Shown here piece after piece: positions 1 through 12,493 of a stretch of DNA of 64,000 nt. Source of the stretch: Mytilus edulis (taxonomy: Eukaryota); the NCBI RefSeq assembly GCF_963676685.1, contig NC_092345.1, forward strand, positions 15,686,001-15,750,000, written 5' to 3'. Position 1 is the stretch's first letter; each line of letters begins with the position of its first letter. Made by a program: the position numbers and the translations under genes. Under the pieces are notes generated by a model, which worked only from the letters and a program-made list of their open reading frames with translations, did no database searches and was not told where the DNA came from.

Positions 1-3000
1 GAATTAATAAGACTTTGTCTATGTCCAAGTCATATAACACTAGCAAAGAAGCAGTGTGTCCTGTGATTGGGAGAGCGTGAAATAAAAAAAAAGTAAAATT
101 AGTATCATACTTTGATAATTTTTGGTTTTAACTGATGCATTTATTACAAATCGATGGAAACACGACAAATATCGATCTTTAAGCACTATAAACGTTAAAA
201 ATATGCATGTAGTGATAAAAACGAGACTTGAAACCCCTTTTACACCAGTTTAAATCTCTCTATTTAATATTTACTTGTAACAACATCGCTAATACCATAC
301 ATTATTGCTGACATAAAAAAAATAGTTTATTAGAAACCAGACTCATAATTGACTCGAATTAGAAATATGGTCCGGGCCTAACTTCTCCAGTCCGGCGATA
401 AACCCTTGCAAAATTGGGGCATTTTTTTGGATGTACAAATACACAGCCACGACCAATCGGAATGGAACGTTTACTTTTCTCATATGTAGGATGATTGCCA
501 TGCTGTCTTCAAGACTAATAAGCCTTGCAACAGTACAATTCACTAAAGGGTCAGTTGCAACATGACATAACTTCACTGACATGTTGAATACTCGGTTACA
601 TACATGGTCGCTAGATGGCTCCATCGGAAACAAAAGTCAACCATCAGTTAAGTGATATGCTGCGGTTGTTTTCACTTTCCATTTCTGTAACTCGATGTTG
701 TCTATGGTAATTCAAAAGAAGCATGTACTTTTTAAAACAAAGACATATAGATATGATAGTTTGGATTGAACAGTACAAATGCAGTTGTTTCAAAAGACAG
801 ATTTATCAATGCATTCATTGTACAACTCAAATGTATACTATTATTTCCAGTCTGCTAAAGCTTTAAACATATCTTCTTATAGTTTTGTCTATTTAAGGCA
901 CCTTTTGTGAACTGGTTGCTTAGTTTGGTTTGATCGTTTTAACATAGATAAATACAGGATTTCATCAACAATAAAAGATGGTATGATACATAAAAACTGC
1001 TGTCATTGATAAACAAAAGCCAAGACAGGGACTGAATAGGTGAAACTTATCTCTAAACAAACGTTCTTAAAACAATATACAGACAAATAGGGTATTTAAC
1101 TATGTAGACATTCTTATGACAGAGATATGTTTTAAAGGAAGTCAACCGCGTAAAGTTAGTACGTGACCCGGCAAATTGATGTTAATGATAGACGCTTGAA
1201 AAAAGAATAAAACGTTCCGGTGTATAACGACATCTAGAAATAATGACAAGTCAGCCAATCAGAATTATCGTTACAGCATCTCTTCGGGAATGCATCCAAG
1301 TTGATTTGTGGTCAAAGATATGTTTTATTCCCACCAAGTCTATTAAACGGGTAGTGGCTTTGAAAGACAAGCATAGCGTATTCTACGATCCAAAACATAA
1401 ACGATAGATTTTCCCACCCTTAAAAACTGCCTCAGGTATTGTAGGCGATATACACCATGTTTACAATCAAATATTCGGTAAACATATTCCATGGACTAGA
1501 AACGCTACAGGATAAAGATTGTGACTACGGGACAGATAGTCTGATAAAATGGAATTCGAACCAAAACAAAACGTTTCTTATTGTGAAGTAATCTTTTTTA
1601 AAGATAGACGTACTACTTGGCACTGACAACATTTTATCGGTTTTTACTTTGCTCAACAAGTTGTATACCACCAGGAACGATGATCTATTCTGAATTCATA
1701 CTGAGGCATTTCAATGCTTATAAAAAATCTTAGTCACGAGATGTTGATTTCGGGATTACGTGCGATGTCCTTGAGATAGACACGAGTCTACCGTTACAGG
1801 ACAGTTCTTACTAGCAAGCATCGAAGTTTGTTTAGTAATACCATGCAAATGAATGACATTAGCCAATGGTAAAACTTTTAGATATTATTTACGAGAGCCA
1901 TTAGGAGTGATCATACTGTTTCTTAAGAAATTTAAAGAACCGAAAATCAACTTGCATTTATTAATTTCTTTGTATATCTTTTGATTTTTACTACCTCCAA
2001 AACAAACTGACATGTTACATAAATGTTGATAATCGAAGATGTTCGCCCTATTGGTAAAATAAACTGATTAAAAACTAAATTAAAGTTTTGTTATCATTCT
2101 AATTTTTTTAAATGTTCTTTTTTAGAAAGATATATCGATTGTAATGAAATACGTATATATATTGTTGTTTTTTTCCTTTTTATAATGTCCTGGTGATAAA
2201 ACAGTTTTAATTCTTAGTGCGACTACAGTTGCTGTGAAACACAACATTTAAAAGGCTTCATGGTGATAATAAAAACGTTTAGTATGACGTAAGAAGGAGT
2301 ATATGTACTTGTTCAACCGTCAGGGCGGGAGTTCAGATATACATTTGAAAGAAATAAAATTTTCCAGTATCTTTAAAAATAACGTACATTCGAAAAACAT
2401 TCAGGCATGTGTTTGTTTGTTTCCTGGTTAGTAACTGATTTCGTGGTTTTATGCTATCTCACTCGATATTTACTTGTACCACAAATCACACTTACTTTCT
2501 GAAAATATTCTAAAAATGTAAATAAATGAAAAAGGAAACTATGTTGTGGGCAGTTTTCTCGTTCCTTGATCCTCTTTTCATATCTCGATGTAGTACCCAC
2601 TTATCATTAGCAAACACATACAGTGGGATCAAAACAAAACAGGGACATTATCTGGCTTTGATCCCCAAGATTACATAGATTTACACCTGCTGGTTCGAAA
2701 TTCAAACGGACAGTAGTTTGACAGGCCGGAAATCCAACAACCTGACTTATGATTGTCGTAAAGATTGTCGCGAAAGCGTGAACTTAAAATATGCGTTAGA
2801 TTACTATTAAAGGTGATTATTTAGCGATTATGTCCATGAAAACATTGTGATAGCTTTCAAATGTAAATCATTTTCGCTAAATCCGGGTACTATTATATGA
2901 TACTCCAATAACCAGATAACTTTATTGTGTTTAAATGTTGTTGATGTGTAATGATAATGAAAAGCTTTCAACTGACATTGATTATATTTCTAACTGCTTT

Positions 3001-4916
3001 GTCAATACTGCTCGTCAGTATCAAAGATTTTTTTAGTTTGAGGTTCACAAGTCTGACAAATGTATAACCGTAATAATTTATAAATGTGATCATAAACCAA
3101 ACCCTTCCTCAAAAAGACAAACGAAAAACAAAAGTTATATGACTTTTTATATTTCAAAATACATAATAACTTGAAGAAAGCAAACAAGAATTGAACTAGA
3201 TATGGTACGTACAGAATATATAAAACCCGAACAATCTGACAACTGCAAAAGCTACTATATGATCGAGCTTAATTCGTCATCTTAACAGCTAGTGTATAAA
3301 AAAAAACACAGTGGCGGATCCAGGCATGATGAGGCGTTGATCGGCATTCGTGTTTCTCACGATTTTTTTTAGTCTCAACTAGATTTTTTGTATTTATTCC
3401 ATTATTGGGAATTACACATCCCTTTCAAAAGTCCTGGCTTCGCCAAGCGAAAATATTATGAAATAATCAAAATGATTAATTAAAGAGATTTTGGTTTTTA
3501 TAGTGATTAAGATTATAACACAATGTTGACTTCTGTATCCATCTTTTTGACATTTTTACCTATTATGTCTGTTTGTTTTGTTCAAACATCGTTTTACATG
3601 TGATAGAATTTGATGCGACTGGCATACAAGTGAGAGGTTTAGCTAGCAATAAGACCAGGTTTAATATACACTTTTTCTACAAAAGAAAATGGCTTTACCA
3701 ATACAGGAATATGACAGTTGTTATCTATTCGTTTGAGCTGTTGATTGTGCCATTTGATTAAGGACTTTCCGTTTTGAATTTTCCTAGGAGTTCAGTACTT
3801 TTGTGATTGTACTTTTTGATACTTTCCCGATTTTAAAGGCTAGATTCCCTCTTCAAAAAGGCAGTGAAAGGACTGAAAAATGTGCTCGAACATTGATTAT
3901 TTACGATCATAATGTAAGCACCTAATGCATTCAGTTTCGTTTTCAAATGTTTTATCAAATTGTATTTTATTGACTTTTTATATGCAATGAGTGTCCAATA
4001 AAAATGCGGAATTACAGTGCTCAATGTCTACATTGACTCTGATGGTAGAGTAAAGACCTTCATATTTTAATCAAATACACAAATAGTTAATATAAAACAC
4101 ACATTTTGATATCTACTACTAAAATTAAGACGGTTTACTTATGAGCATTTATGACAACCCGGTAGTAATCGTAAACCATCACATTCTAAATAATATGCCT
4201 TTTTTATCTATTTAACGAGAGCACCAGCTTAAAGTCAATACAAGAAATCTTTATTTCGTGGTCCAACTCAGTTAGTTTGGTCTGTTACAATTTAATGACA
4301 ATATTGTTATAAACACACATAAGTTTAAAGGCAGCAGTAGTTTTGCGACGTTCAAAACTCATTTACCATAAGATATTAAGATTAAGAAACAAAAACCGAA
4401 AGAATTATACGACCGAGTGCATCTACAGGGTCAGTGTCTTCTGCAATAATTGATTACTTGCTGCTGCATCCACACTCAGTCAAAATGTCACAATCGAGAA
4501 TGAAACACAAGCGGTACATTTATAGATCCGACGACTATTCTGGTGGGTTTTTTCTTTCGATTTAAGGCACTCGGATCCGCAGTTAGGTGCGGGTTTAACA
4601 AAATATTACTTTTAATCAAAACTTTTATCTACCGAACTGCATACCTTTATGTAATACTTTGAGTTTTTATTTTAATTTGAACTGAATAATGAATTGGGGT
4701 ATATATAGTATGACTAAAATTCCTAGTGAAGGTAAATACAAAAAAAACCCAGTGTTATACAAGTGAGAGAAGTAGCTAGCTAGCTATACATCCAGGTTTA
4801 ATCCACCACTTTCTATATCAAGAAATGCCTATACCAAGTCAGAAATATGAAAGTTATTTTCCATTCTTTTGATGTATTTCAGTTTTTTTTTATTTTGCTA
4901 TTTGATTATATGTAAA

Positions 4917-5402
4917 ACCTTTGTGGTCCAGTGGTCTAGCGCGTCGGGCATTATACAAGGCGATTTGGTGCCACGATATCTCATTAGCATGCGGTTGAAT
5001 CCCGGCCAGGGATGAACAAAAAATGTGCATCCGCAAATTTACAGGTCTAACATTGTTGGGCTGATATTTAGACGAATAATATATACAGAATGTGTTCTCA
5101 AACTTATATCACCATCACTGGTGATCCGATGGTTAAAATCTGTCGTAGAGTTGTCACTGGTAGAGCATACTTATAATGTAATTATTTCTGCATCCTGCAT
5201 TAATTTAACATGTACTGTGTTACGATGCCACATAAAAAAATGACGAAGAAAGGTAAAACCCGGCTGACGAACGCTTGATTGTTGTCCAGCCTAGTTGGTC
5301 GAGTGGTCTAGACCGCCGGGCATGCAAGGCGATTTGATGCCACGATATCTCAGTAGCATAAGTTCGAATCTCAGACAGGGAAGAACAAAAATTTGCTTCC
5401 GC
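4917..5402 (+). mobile_element. Two tandem tRNA-derived SINE copies (heads at about 4917 and 5288)
   Basis: A-box-like tggtcgagtggtctag and B-box-like gttcgaatc; the two heads are mutually similar but cannot form a full tRNA. Confidence 0.6.
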
Positions 5403-8400
5403 TTTGGCTATTGTTTTTAATTCCTTGTTGTTACATAGCTCTTCTAAAGGGTTGATTTTTATACATCCTTGGTTTCCAAATACCTGACTTTAAGTGTTCT
5501 TATGTAGGTAAATCAAGAAAAACCCTTTAAACGCATGGAATTTATAGAGAGTTTATTTTTCTTAATACAGTAGATTTCATGAGTATTCATATGTAAAAAG
5601 TAAAATTACAAAAATACTGAACTCCGAGGAAAATTTAAAACGGAAAGTCCCTAACAAAGGAATGTTTGATATGAACATGCAACTAGCGATAAGTTGTATT
5701 TTTCTTTGTTTTAAGTTCTCTTAACTTAAAACAAAGAAAACACAATTTATGACAAAGTGGAATACCAGATAATTAAATGGTTTGTGTTGAATCAATTGCA
5801 GGATTTTCCGATTTACTACAATTACCCAGAATAGGTTGTGTAATAAAATGTTGCTGTTATTACGTTGACATTGCCTTTAAACTCGTGGCTCATCTGGTTA
5901 CATAAACATTTATAACATTACTACACTTAATCTTGAAACATTTAGGGATATTAAAAAGAACAATTAAAAATGTTTCTGTATGACAAAAACAGTTAGTCCT
6001 GTCGTACATAACAATATTGTTTTCTAAAAAAGGAATAAAAAAATTTGCTGAACATTTATTGTATTTCTACAAATAAAGATTTAAATTGCGGCAAAATAGA
6101 ATTGAATTTAAACCCAAATAATTGATACTAAGATTTCTCTTTGAAACTTAATATTTTCATTAGGTAAGTAAAAACTTCAATGTTTATTCGTAACAAATAC
6201 GGTGGCACAAAAATAAGTCGACATTGAAGCAAGGAACACAAAACTTTTTACAGCCAATTGATTTTGTTTCTGTATCAACAAACTGCAATAAAGCATTGTA
6301 CAATGAATATTTTAAATTTTCTTTTATGAAATTTACAATTATATATAAACAGTTTTTATCAGTTCAGATTTGAAAATAAGTATTTCCGTAAACTGTTTAT
6401 TTTAAAGCAAACATTCTGTATTTAAAATTACAATTGCTAAGCATAGCATATTAATGTCATAGTTTCTTAAATGTAACGTTAGCGTTCATATGTTTCCTTT
6501 AAACATTGAATAGTATTTGCTGTTTTGCTCTTAGATCTAAACTTCGGACTTTGTTTGGTTGTTTAACTTTTTTTTATTTGAGCGTCAGTAATGAGTCTTT
6601 TATAAATGAACCGATCGTCTAGCGTACAGAATTCTAATCCTGGTATTTATCATTAGTTTATTGATACCTTTTAATTTTCCCTCTTCGATTTATTTTTCTG
6701 TACTTTTGATACTGAAGATTGGAGATTTTCAAAATTTTTAGGAACAAAATTTGCAAAAACAAAAATGTAAATTTTACTCTTTAGAGCAAAAATATTTATT
6801 ACCATTGTAAGAGTGATATCGGCAGTATTATATTCAATATCGCAAATTACCGAAACGTGATTTTCTTTTGATAAACCTTCTTGTCCTCTGTGTAGATTTT
6901 TAGGAGCAAATACATTTTGAGAAAATCCGACAAAAATATCTAAAGGAGAAAAAAAAGGTATTTTTTTTTAATGTTGCTACATGTTTTTGATTATCAGTGA
7001 AACCTGTGGTCGTGAAAATTACAACAATGAATATTTCATAACATGACACGTTCTTTAATCGAGTAATTATAATTATTCTTGAAGAATTTAAACGTCATTT
7101 TTTTTATTTAGTGATCGGTTTAGAAATTCCAAAGATTCAGCAGGATGTCAAAATAAAAAGAAAACAAAAGCTTTTAAATGTTTTATTGTATATTAATCTA
7201 TATACCCTTGTCATAACTAATTACAAACGTCTGTCCGATTTGGATAGACAAATCAGAATTAGTTTTGCGTTTAAAGCTGTCGTTTCCTTTGTAACCGTTC
7301 TCGTGGCAGTGTAAGTCCGTGATGTATCGTACCAGCTTTCGCCCCATTAAGGTTTCGCCTGTCAAACTCTATTTACTGAGTAGAAACAAAATCCACCCAG
7401 TGTAATCTTATACACTATAACTTGTTTACTGGTAAATTATCAACATTGTTAGGTTATAGATGGCTGGGTACAGTTAACTGTTTGTATACAATCGATCCTA
7501 ACGTATGTTAAAATGTCACATCATCACTAAACGAGAGGTGCCGAACTCCGTTGGTACTTTGTGTAAAAAATTTAAACGGGTCATTTATTTACAAAGTAGT
7601 TACATAGTTTAATCATCCGTGTTTGGTTTCAGTTATTTTTGTCCGTTGAAAGACGTACGTACTGCGAGGTATAAAACTCTCGTCATATTCATGAATGACT
7701 GCAATCATTAAGAAACCATTAAAAATGTCCCTAATATGAACTCGTTACGTTGTTGCAAATTTGAATGAACACGAATTTTCCAAATTTATATACGAAGTGA
7801 CATAACAACAAAAAAGTAAATAAATTGCCTTACATAGAAAGCAATATCTGATTTGATAATAAAAAATCATAAAATTAAATACTAAACAAATTCGAGGTGG
7901 GAAACTTTTTCCTCGAAAGCAACAAAAGAAGCAACTAACTGATTTCTAGAAAAAAACTGAAACAATTTGGAAGCGATAGAAATGCAAGTTCAACTAACTT
8001 ACACCAAAATTTCAATATATAAAAGGCACTTAAAGACTAGAAAATGCATTTAAACCTTAACAATATTTATCATAGAAACATGCACAAGGGAAAAAATAAC
8101 ATGGTACATTAGAGTTTGTCTATACAAGGATATAAACTATTAAAGACTAAAAAAAATAAAAACAAATAAAAACAAAATTAACAAAAAACAAAAAATACAC
8201 ACACAAAACGGAGAGATATTGGATGCTCTCGACGAAAAAGCATACACTCTCTTATATGCACGGAGGATTATGAAAAAGTAAACCGAGTTTTTTTTTTACT
8301 CATTCCATTAAAATGATTACACTAAGCGATTAGTATCTTATAACATCAGCTAAGTTAGAAATAATTGTGGCTACATCTAGTAATCCACATTGTCGAAATG

Positions 8401-8798
8401 CAGAAAAACTTAGTGGTACCGTTCATGTTCTACCTCTAGCTCTGCTGGTAGACATTTAGTTTTCAAGAGTAACACCTTCCTAATATCCAGTACTTCGATA
8501 CTTGCATGAACATACGGATATTATTTGATTAAAATTTGCTGAAATAAAATTATGGAAATCATTTTTAAATAAGGAACATATCTCCATCCTGCAAAGTCCT
8601 GGTTACTTGTTCGGATTGGACTATAGTAAAAGTAATTTTGGATGGTTTGGTCAGCTTTTTTTTAATAGGTATAGAATTTTCAATTATTTGATCTCGAACA
8701 TGACTGAAGAGATACTAATTGCCGAATGTGCATCTTGTGCAGTGAAATTGGTACCGCTTATATATATATGTGGCCTTCCAAATACTTTTCTATCCCTA

Positions 8799-8842
8799 AC
8801 ATCACTGAAGAGACATTAATTGTCGAAATCCGGATATGGTGT
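8799..8842 (+). ncRNA. Type I hammerhead ribozyme of a second family (CUGAAGA core), apparently intact
   Basis: ACATCA-CTGAAGA-GACA(ttaat)TGTC-GAAA-TCCGGA-TA^TGGTGT: stem I ACAUCA/UGGUGU, palindromic stem III AUCCGGAU, AUA triplet. Confidence 0.75.
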
Positions 8843-9030
8843 AAAAAATTTAGCACCTCATGTTGTGGTTTACCATCTTTGCGTCTGGCGTATAAAATTA
8901 TAATCCTGGTACTTTTGATAACTTTTGCCTCAAGTTTATTGTTTTCTACTCGTTATCAAATTAATATAGAGATTCATTTTGTTACACTTTGTGATCAATT
9001 TATTTGGCAATCGTCAATGGCAGGGTTTAA

Positions 9031-9532
9031 GAACATCAGTTGTTCGTCCTGTTAGTCCAATGCATATTGTTAAAATATATTTTTCACTCTTTTTGGTCTT
9101 TTGGAAAATGTTGTTTGTGTAGTCCAGTCCTGGCCTTATTGACTTATTTTCATTTTTATTTATTTTTTGTCACTGAGTCCAGCTCGCCCTCCATTACAAT
9201 CAATGGTGCAAGCTCCCGGGTAGATTACCCGAGGACGATAGAGGCAATACCAGAGCGCTGAAGTACGAAAAAATGTATAGCAAATGGTAAAACTTGATAA
9301 AATAAATAAGTAACATACCTGAAATGCTTGTACAATATATGGAAACTCATCTTAACAAAAGGAAATCCCTAGCAGTCGGAGCTGTGGAGATCTTGTTTAC
9401 ATCAGTAACGATTTATTACGGAACGTGACGTTTCTACGCCATATCATTTTCCAAAAAGACCAAAAGACCAAAAGAGTGAAAAATATATTTTAACAATATG
9501 CATTTGACTAACAGGACGAACAACTGATGTTC
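9031..9532. mobile_element. TTAA-flanked MITE with TIRs of about 80 bp (Kolobok-like)
   Basis: gaacatcagttgttcgtcctgttagtc... inverted at 9445-9532; TTAA on both sides. Confidence 0.7.
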
Positions 9533-10509
9533 TTAAACATATCGGGACAAACACCAACAGGGCATTAGTTTTTGCGTCATACAAAGTATACATACAATAA
9601 ATACAGTGTACATAAATAAAAAAACATCACTATAATTAAAAATATCAGTATATTCATAAAAGTTTTTCTTTTAAAATCCAACATTTGACAATAAACATTT
9701 ATAAAATTGAATAAAAGAAACCTTAAGCTTATGTTATTGATGACTGTTTGGGTTAATTTTTGTTGCAGTGGGCTGTAGTATCAATTTTGCATGCCTGCTC
9801 TAGTCTAAAACTAACTTAATAGGTTTTTTTGAAGAATACTAATAATACAAAATTACAAGTAAATTGTAAAAAAACGAACGTTAATACAAAAAAAAATAAG
9901 CGACACATAATATACTTTATTTTGAATATTCATAAAAATGTTTTCACACCTCAATAATGATGTCTGCTGCACACAGACATGCCTGTTTTGCACCTGACTT
10001 CATTATTTTCAACCTCATGTTATGTAACGGTTTTGAATTGGAAGTTGATAAAATGAATGAATAAAGCTTTAACCAATTTAAGTGTCACAATAAAACGATG
10101 AAATATAGTTATTAATTCAAACAAGGTGTATTTCCCTAAAGACTCATCAACTAGCACCATTACGATAATTAAGTTACATAATATCAAATTAGGTAATCTA
10201 TTTGATCTTGAAAAAAATGAAGACAAAATAATATAAAATTAAAATTAACATTGTCATTAAAATAAGAAAAACTTAACTCAGATGTTCTCTTTTTTGTTTT
10301 GAAATTTGCATAAATTTTCATTAAGAAAGAAAAGGATAATACGATGTTATGGCATTTATTTTCTGTAGGCAATTTTACGCACAATGCGTATATTCAGTTT
10401 GAATCCAATATAATAATTCTTCTTCATATTTTTTTTCTAACACAATTTAATCCAACGTATATAATAAATATATGTTGTTTGTTTTTCGTTTTTTCAGGGA
10501 CTTTCTATA

Positions 10510-11046
10510 AAGTCCTTTTTCATGTGTTTCTTTGTCTAATACGTTCTCCTATTTATTTGTATTGTAGTCCTGTAATATTATGTTGTCATTTCAATGTTAT
10601 ATTCAACATTGTCATTAAAGTGCGAGGTTTGGCATGCCACAAAACCAGGTTCAACCCACCATTTTTTCCTTTAAAAATGTCCTGTAACAAGTCAGGAATA
10701 TGGCCATTGTTATATTATTGTTCGTTTCTGTGTGTGTTACATTTTAACGTTGCGTCGTTTGTTTTCTCTTATTTTTTAATGTAATTTCACATCGCGATAT
10801 GACGTGTCACGGTACTTGTCTATCCCAAATTCATGTATTTGGTTTTGATGTTATATTTGTTATTCTCGTGGTATTTTGTCTGATGCTTGGTCCGTTTCCG
10901 TGTGTGTTACATTTTAGTGTTGTGTCGTTGTTCTCCTCTTATATTTAATGCGTTTCCCTCGGTTTTAGTCTTTTACCCCGATTTTGTTTTTTGTCCATGG
11001 ATTTATGAGTTTTGAACAGCGGTATACTACTGTTGCCTTTATTTAT
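10510..11046 (+). repeat. Abundant interspersed repeat; copies at 14600-15137(+), 24066-24420(-), 24727-24825(-), 25140-25397(-), fragments at 3500-3820, 4750-4900, 23580-23700
   Basis: Shared ggtttggcatgccacaaaaccaggttcaacccacc and cagcggtatactactgttgcctttattt blocks; joined to hammerhead-bearing pieces at 14.4 kb and 24.5 kb. Confidence 0.8.
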
Positions 11047-11562
11047 TTATAAATTAAAAATACTTTTTTAATACCGTTGAAAATATTTTAAAGGGAAAGT
11101 CATATAAACTCCGCCAATTTTTATCGAAAAGAAAAAAAAAGGTTGAACCATGATTAAATTTACATTACTTCATGCGATCCTTCTAAACTTCTTATATATA
11201 AGTGTAACATGCTGTAAACTTAGATTCAACCTCTATAAATGTTGTTCCTTATTTATTTAAATGTTTAAACATCTAATATACTTGATCATCTACAGCATAA
11301 ATAGCTAGACTGTTCGAATTAGTCAATTTTGGACCAATCCGAAGGATTTCACAGCTATCTGCCTTGTGGTCCATGCCATGATGGTTCACACCTTGTTGTT
11401 TGATGTCGGAATATTTAAGATCTTGAACATGAACATACCGTTTTAATTTGGTTCATATATATAATCATTTTAATTGGGAACTATTTTATACCAATGAAAT
11501 CTTCTTGTAAAGTGATTGTCGTCAGTTGTCGTCTTGCCATAAATAATTTTCGTTAGAATTTA

Positions 11563-12493
11563 TTAGCTGAATCAGATGGTTACTTTCCCTATTGAATTGT
11601 TTAGCTGAATCAGATGGTTACTTTCCTATTGAATTGTTTAGCTGAATCAGATGGTTACTTTTCCTATTGAATTGTTTAGCTTAATCAGATGGTTACTTTT
11701 CCTATTGAATTGTTTAGCTGAATCAGATGGTTACTTTTCCTATTGAATTGTTTAGCTGAATCAGATGGTTACTTTTCCTATTGACTTGTTAAGCTGAATC
11801 AGATGGTTACTTTTCCTATTGAATTGATTAGCTGAATCATATGGTTACTTTTCCTATTGATTTGTTAAGCTGAATCAGATGGTTACTTTTCCTATTGAAT
11901 TGTTTAGCTGAATCAGATGGTTACTTTCCCTATTGAATTGTTTAGCTGAATCAGATGGTTACTTTCTCTATTGAATTGTTTAGCTGAATCAGATGGTTAC
12001 TTTTCCTATTGAATTGTTAAGCTGAATCAGATGGTTACTTTTCCTATTGAATTGATTAGCTGAATCAGATGGTTTCTTTTCCTATTGGATTGTTTAGCTG
12101 AATCAGATGGTTACTTTTCCTATTGAATTGTTTAGCTGAATCAGATGGTTACTTTTCTTATTGAATTGTATAGCTGAATCGGATGGTTACTTTTTCTATT
12201 GAATTGTTTAGCTGAATCATATGGTTACTTTTCCTATTGAATTGATTAGCTGAATCAGATGGTTACTTTTCCTATTGAATTGATTAGCTGAATCAGATGG
12301 TTACTTTTCCTATTGAATTGATTAGCTGAATCAGATGGTTACTTTTCCTATTGAATTGTTTAGCTGAATCAGATGGTTACTTTTCCTATTGAATTGATTA
12401 GCTGAATCAGATGGTTACTTTTCCTATTGAATTGATTAGCTGAATCATATGGTTACTTTTCCTATTGAATTGATTAGCTGAATCAGATGGTTA
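11563..12493. repeat. 38-bp minisatellite, about 24 copies
   Basis: Unit ttagctgaatcagatggttacttttcctattgaattgt. Confidence 0.97.

Noticed and set aside
343-633. 96-aa minus-strand ORF
   Set aside because: No recognisable domain or splice context; non-ATG start
4917-5402. Possible tRNA genes
   Set aside because: A/B boxes are present but there is no intact cloverleaf; they continue into a SINE-like body
10344-10784. 146-aa ORF, with a similar 90-aa ORF at 14599-14871
   Set aside because: Chance ORFs in a multicopy interspersed repeat; frames are not preserved among copies
11563-12493. CRISPR-like regular repeats (also 41541-42809)
   Set aside because: Head-to-tail units with no unique spacers, no cas genes, eukaryotic context
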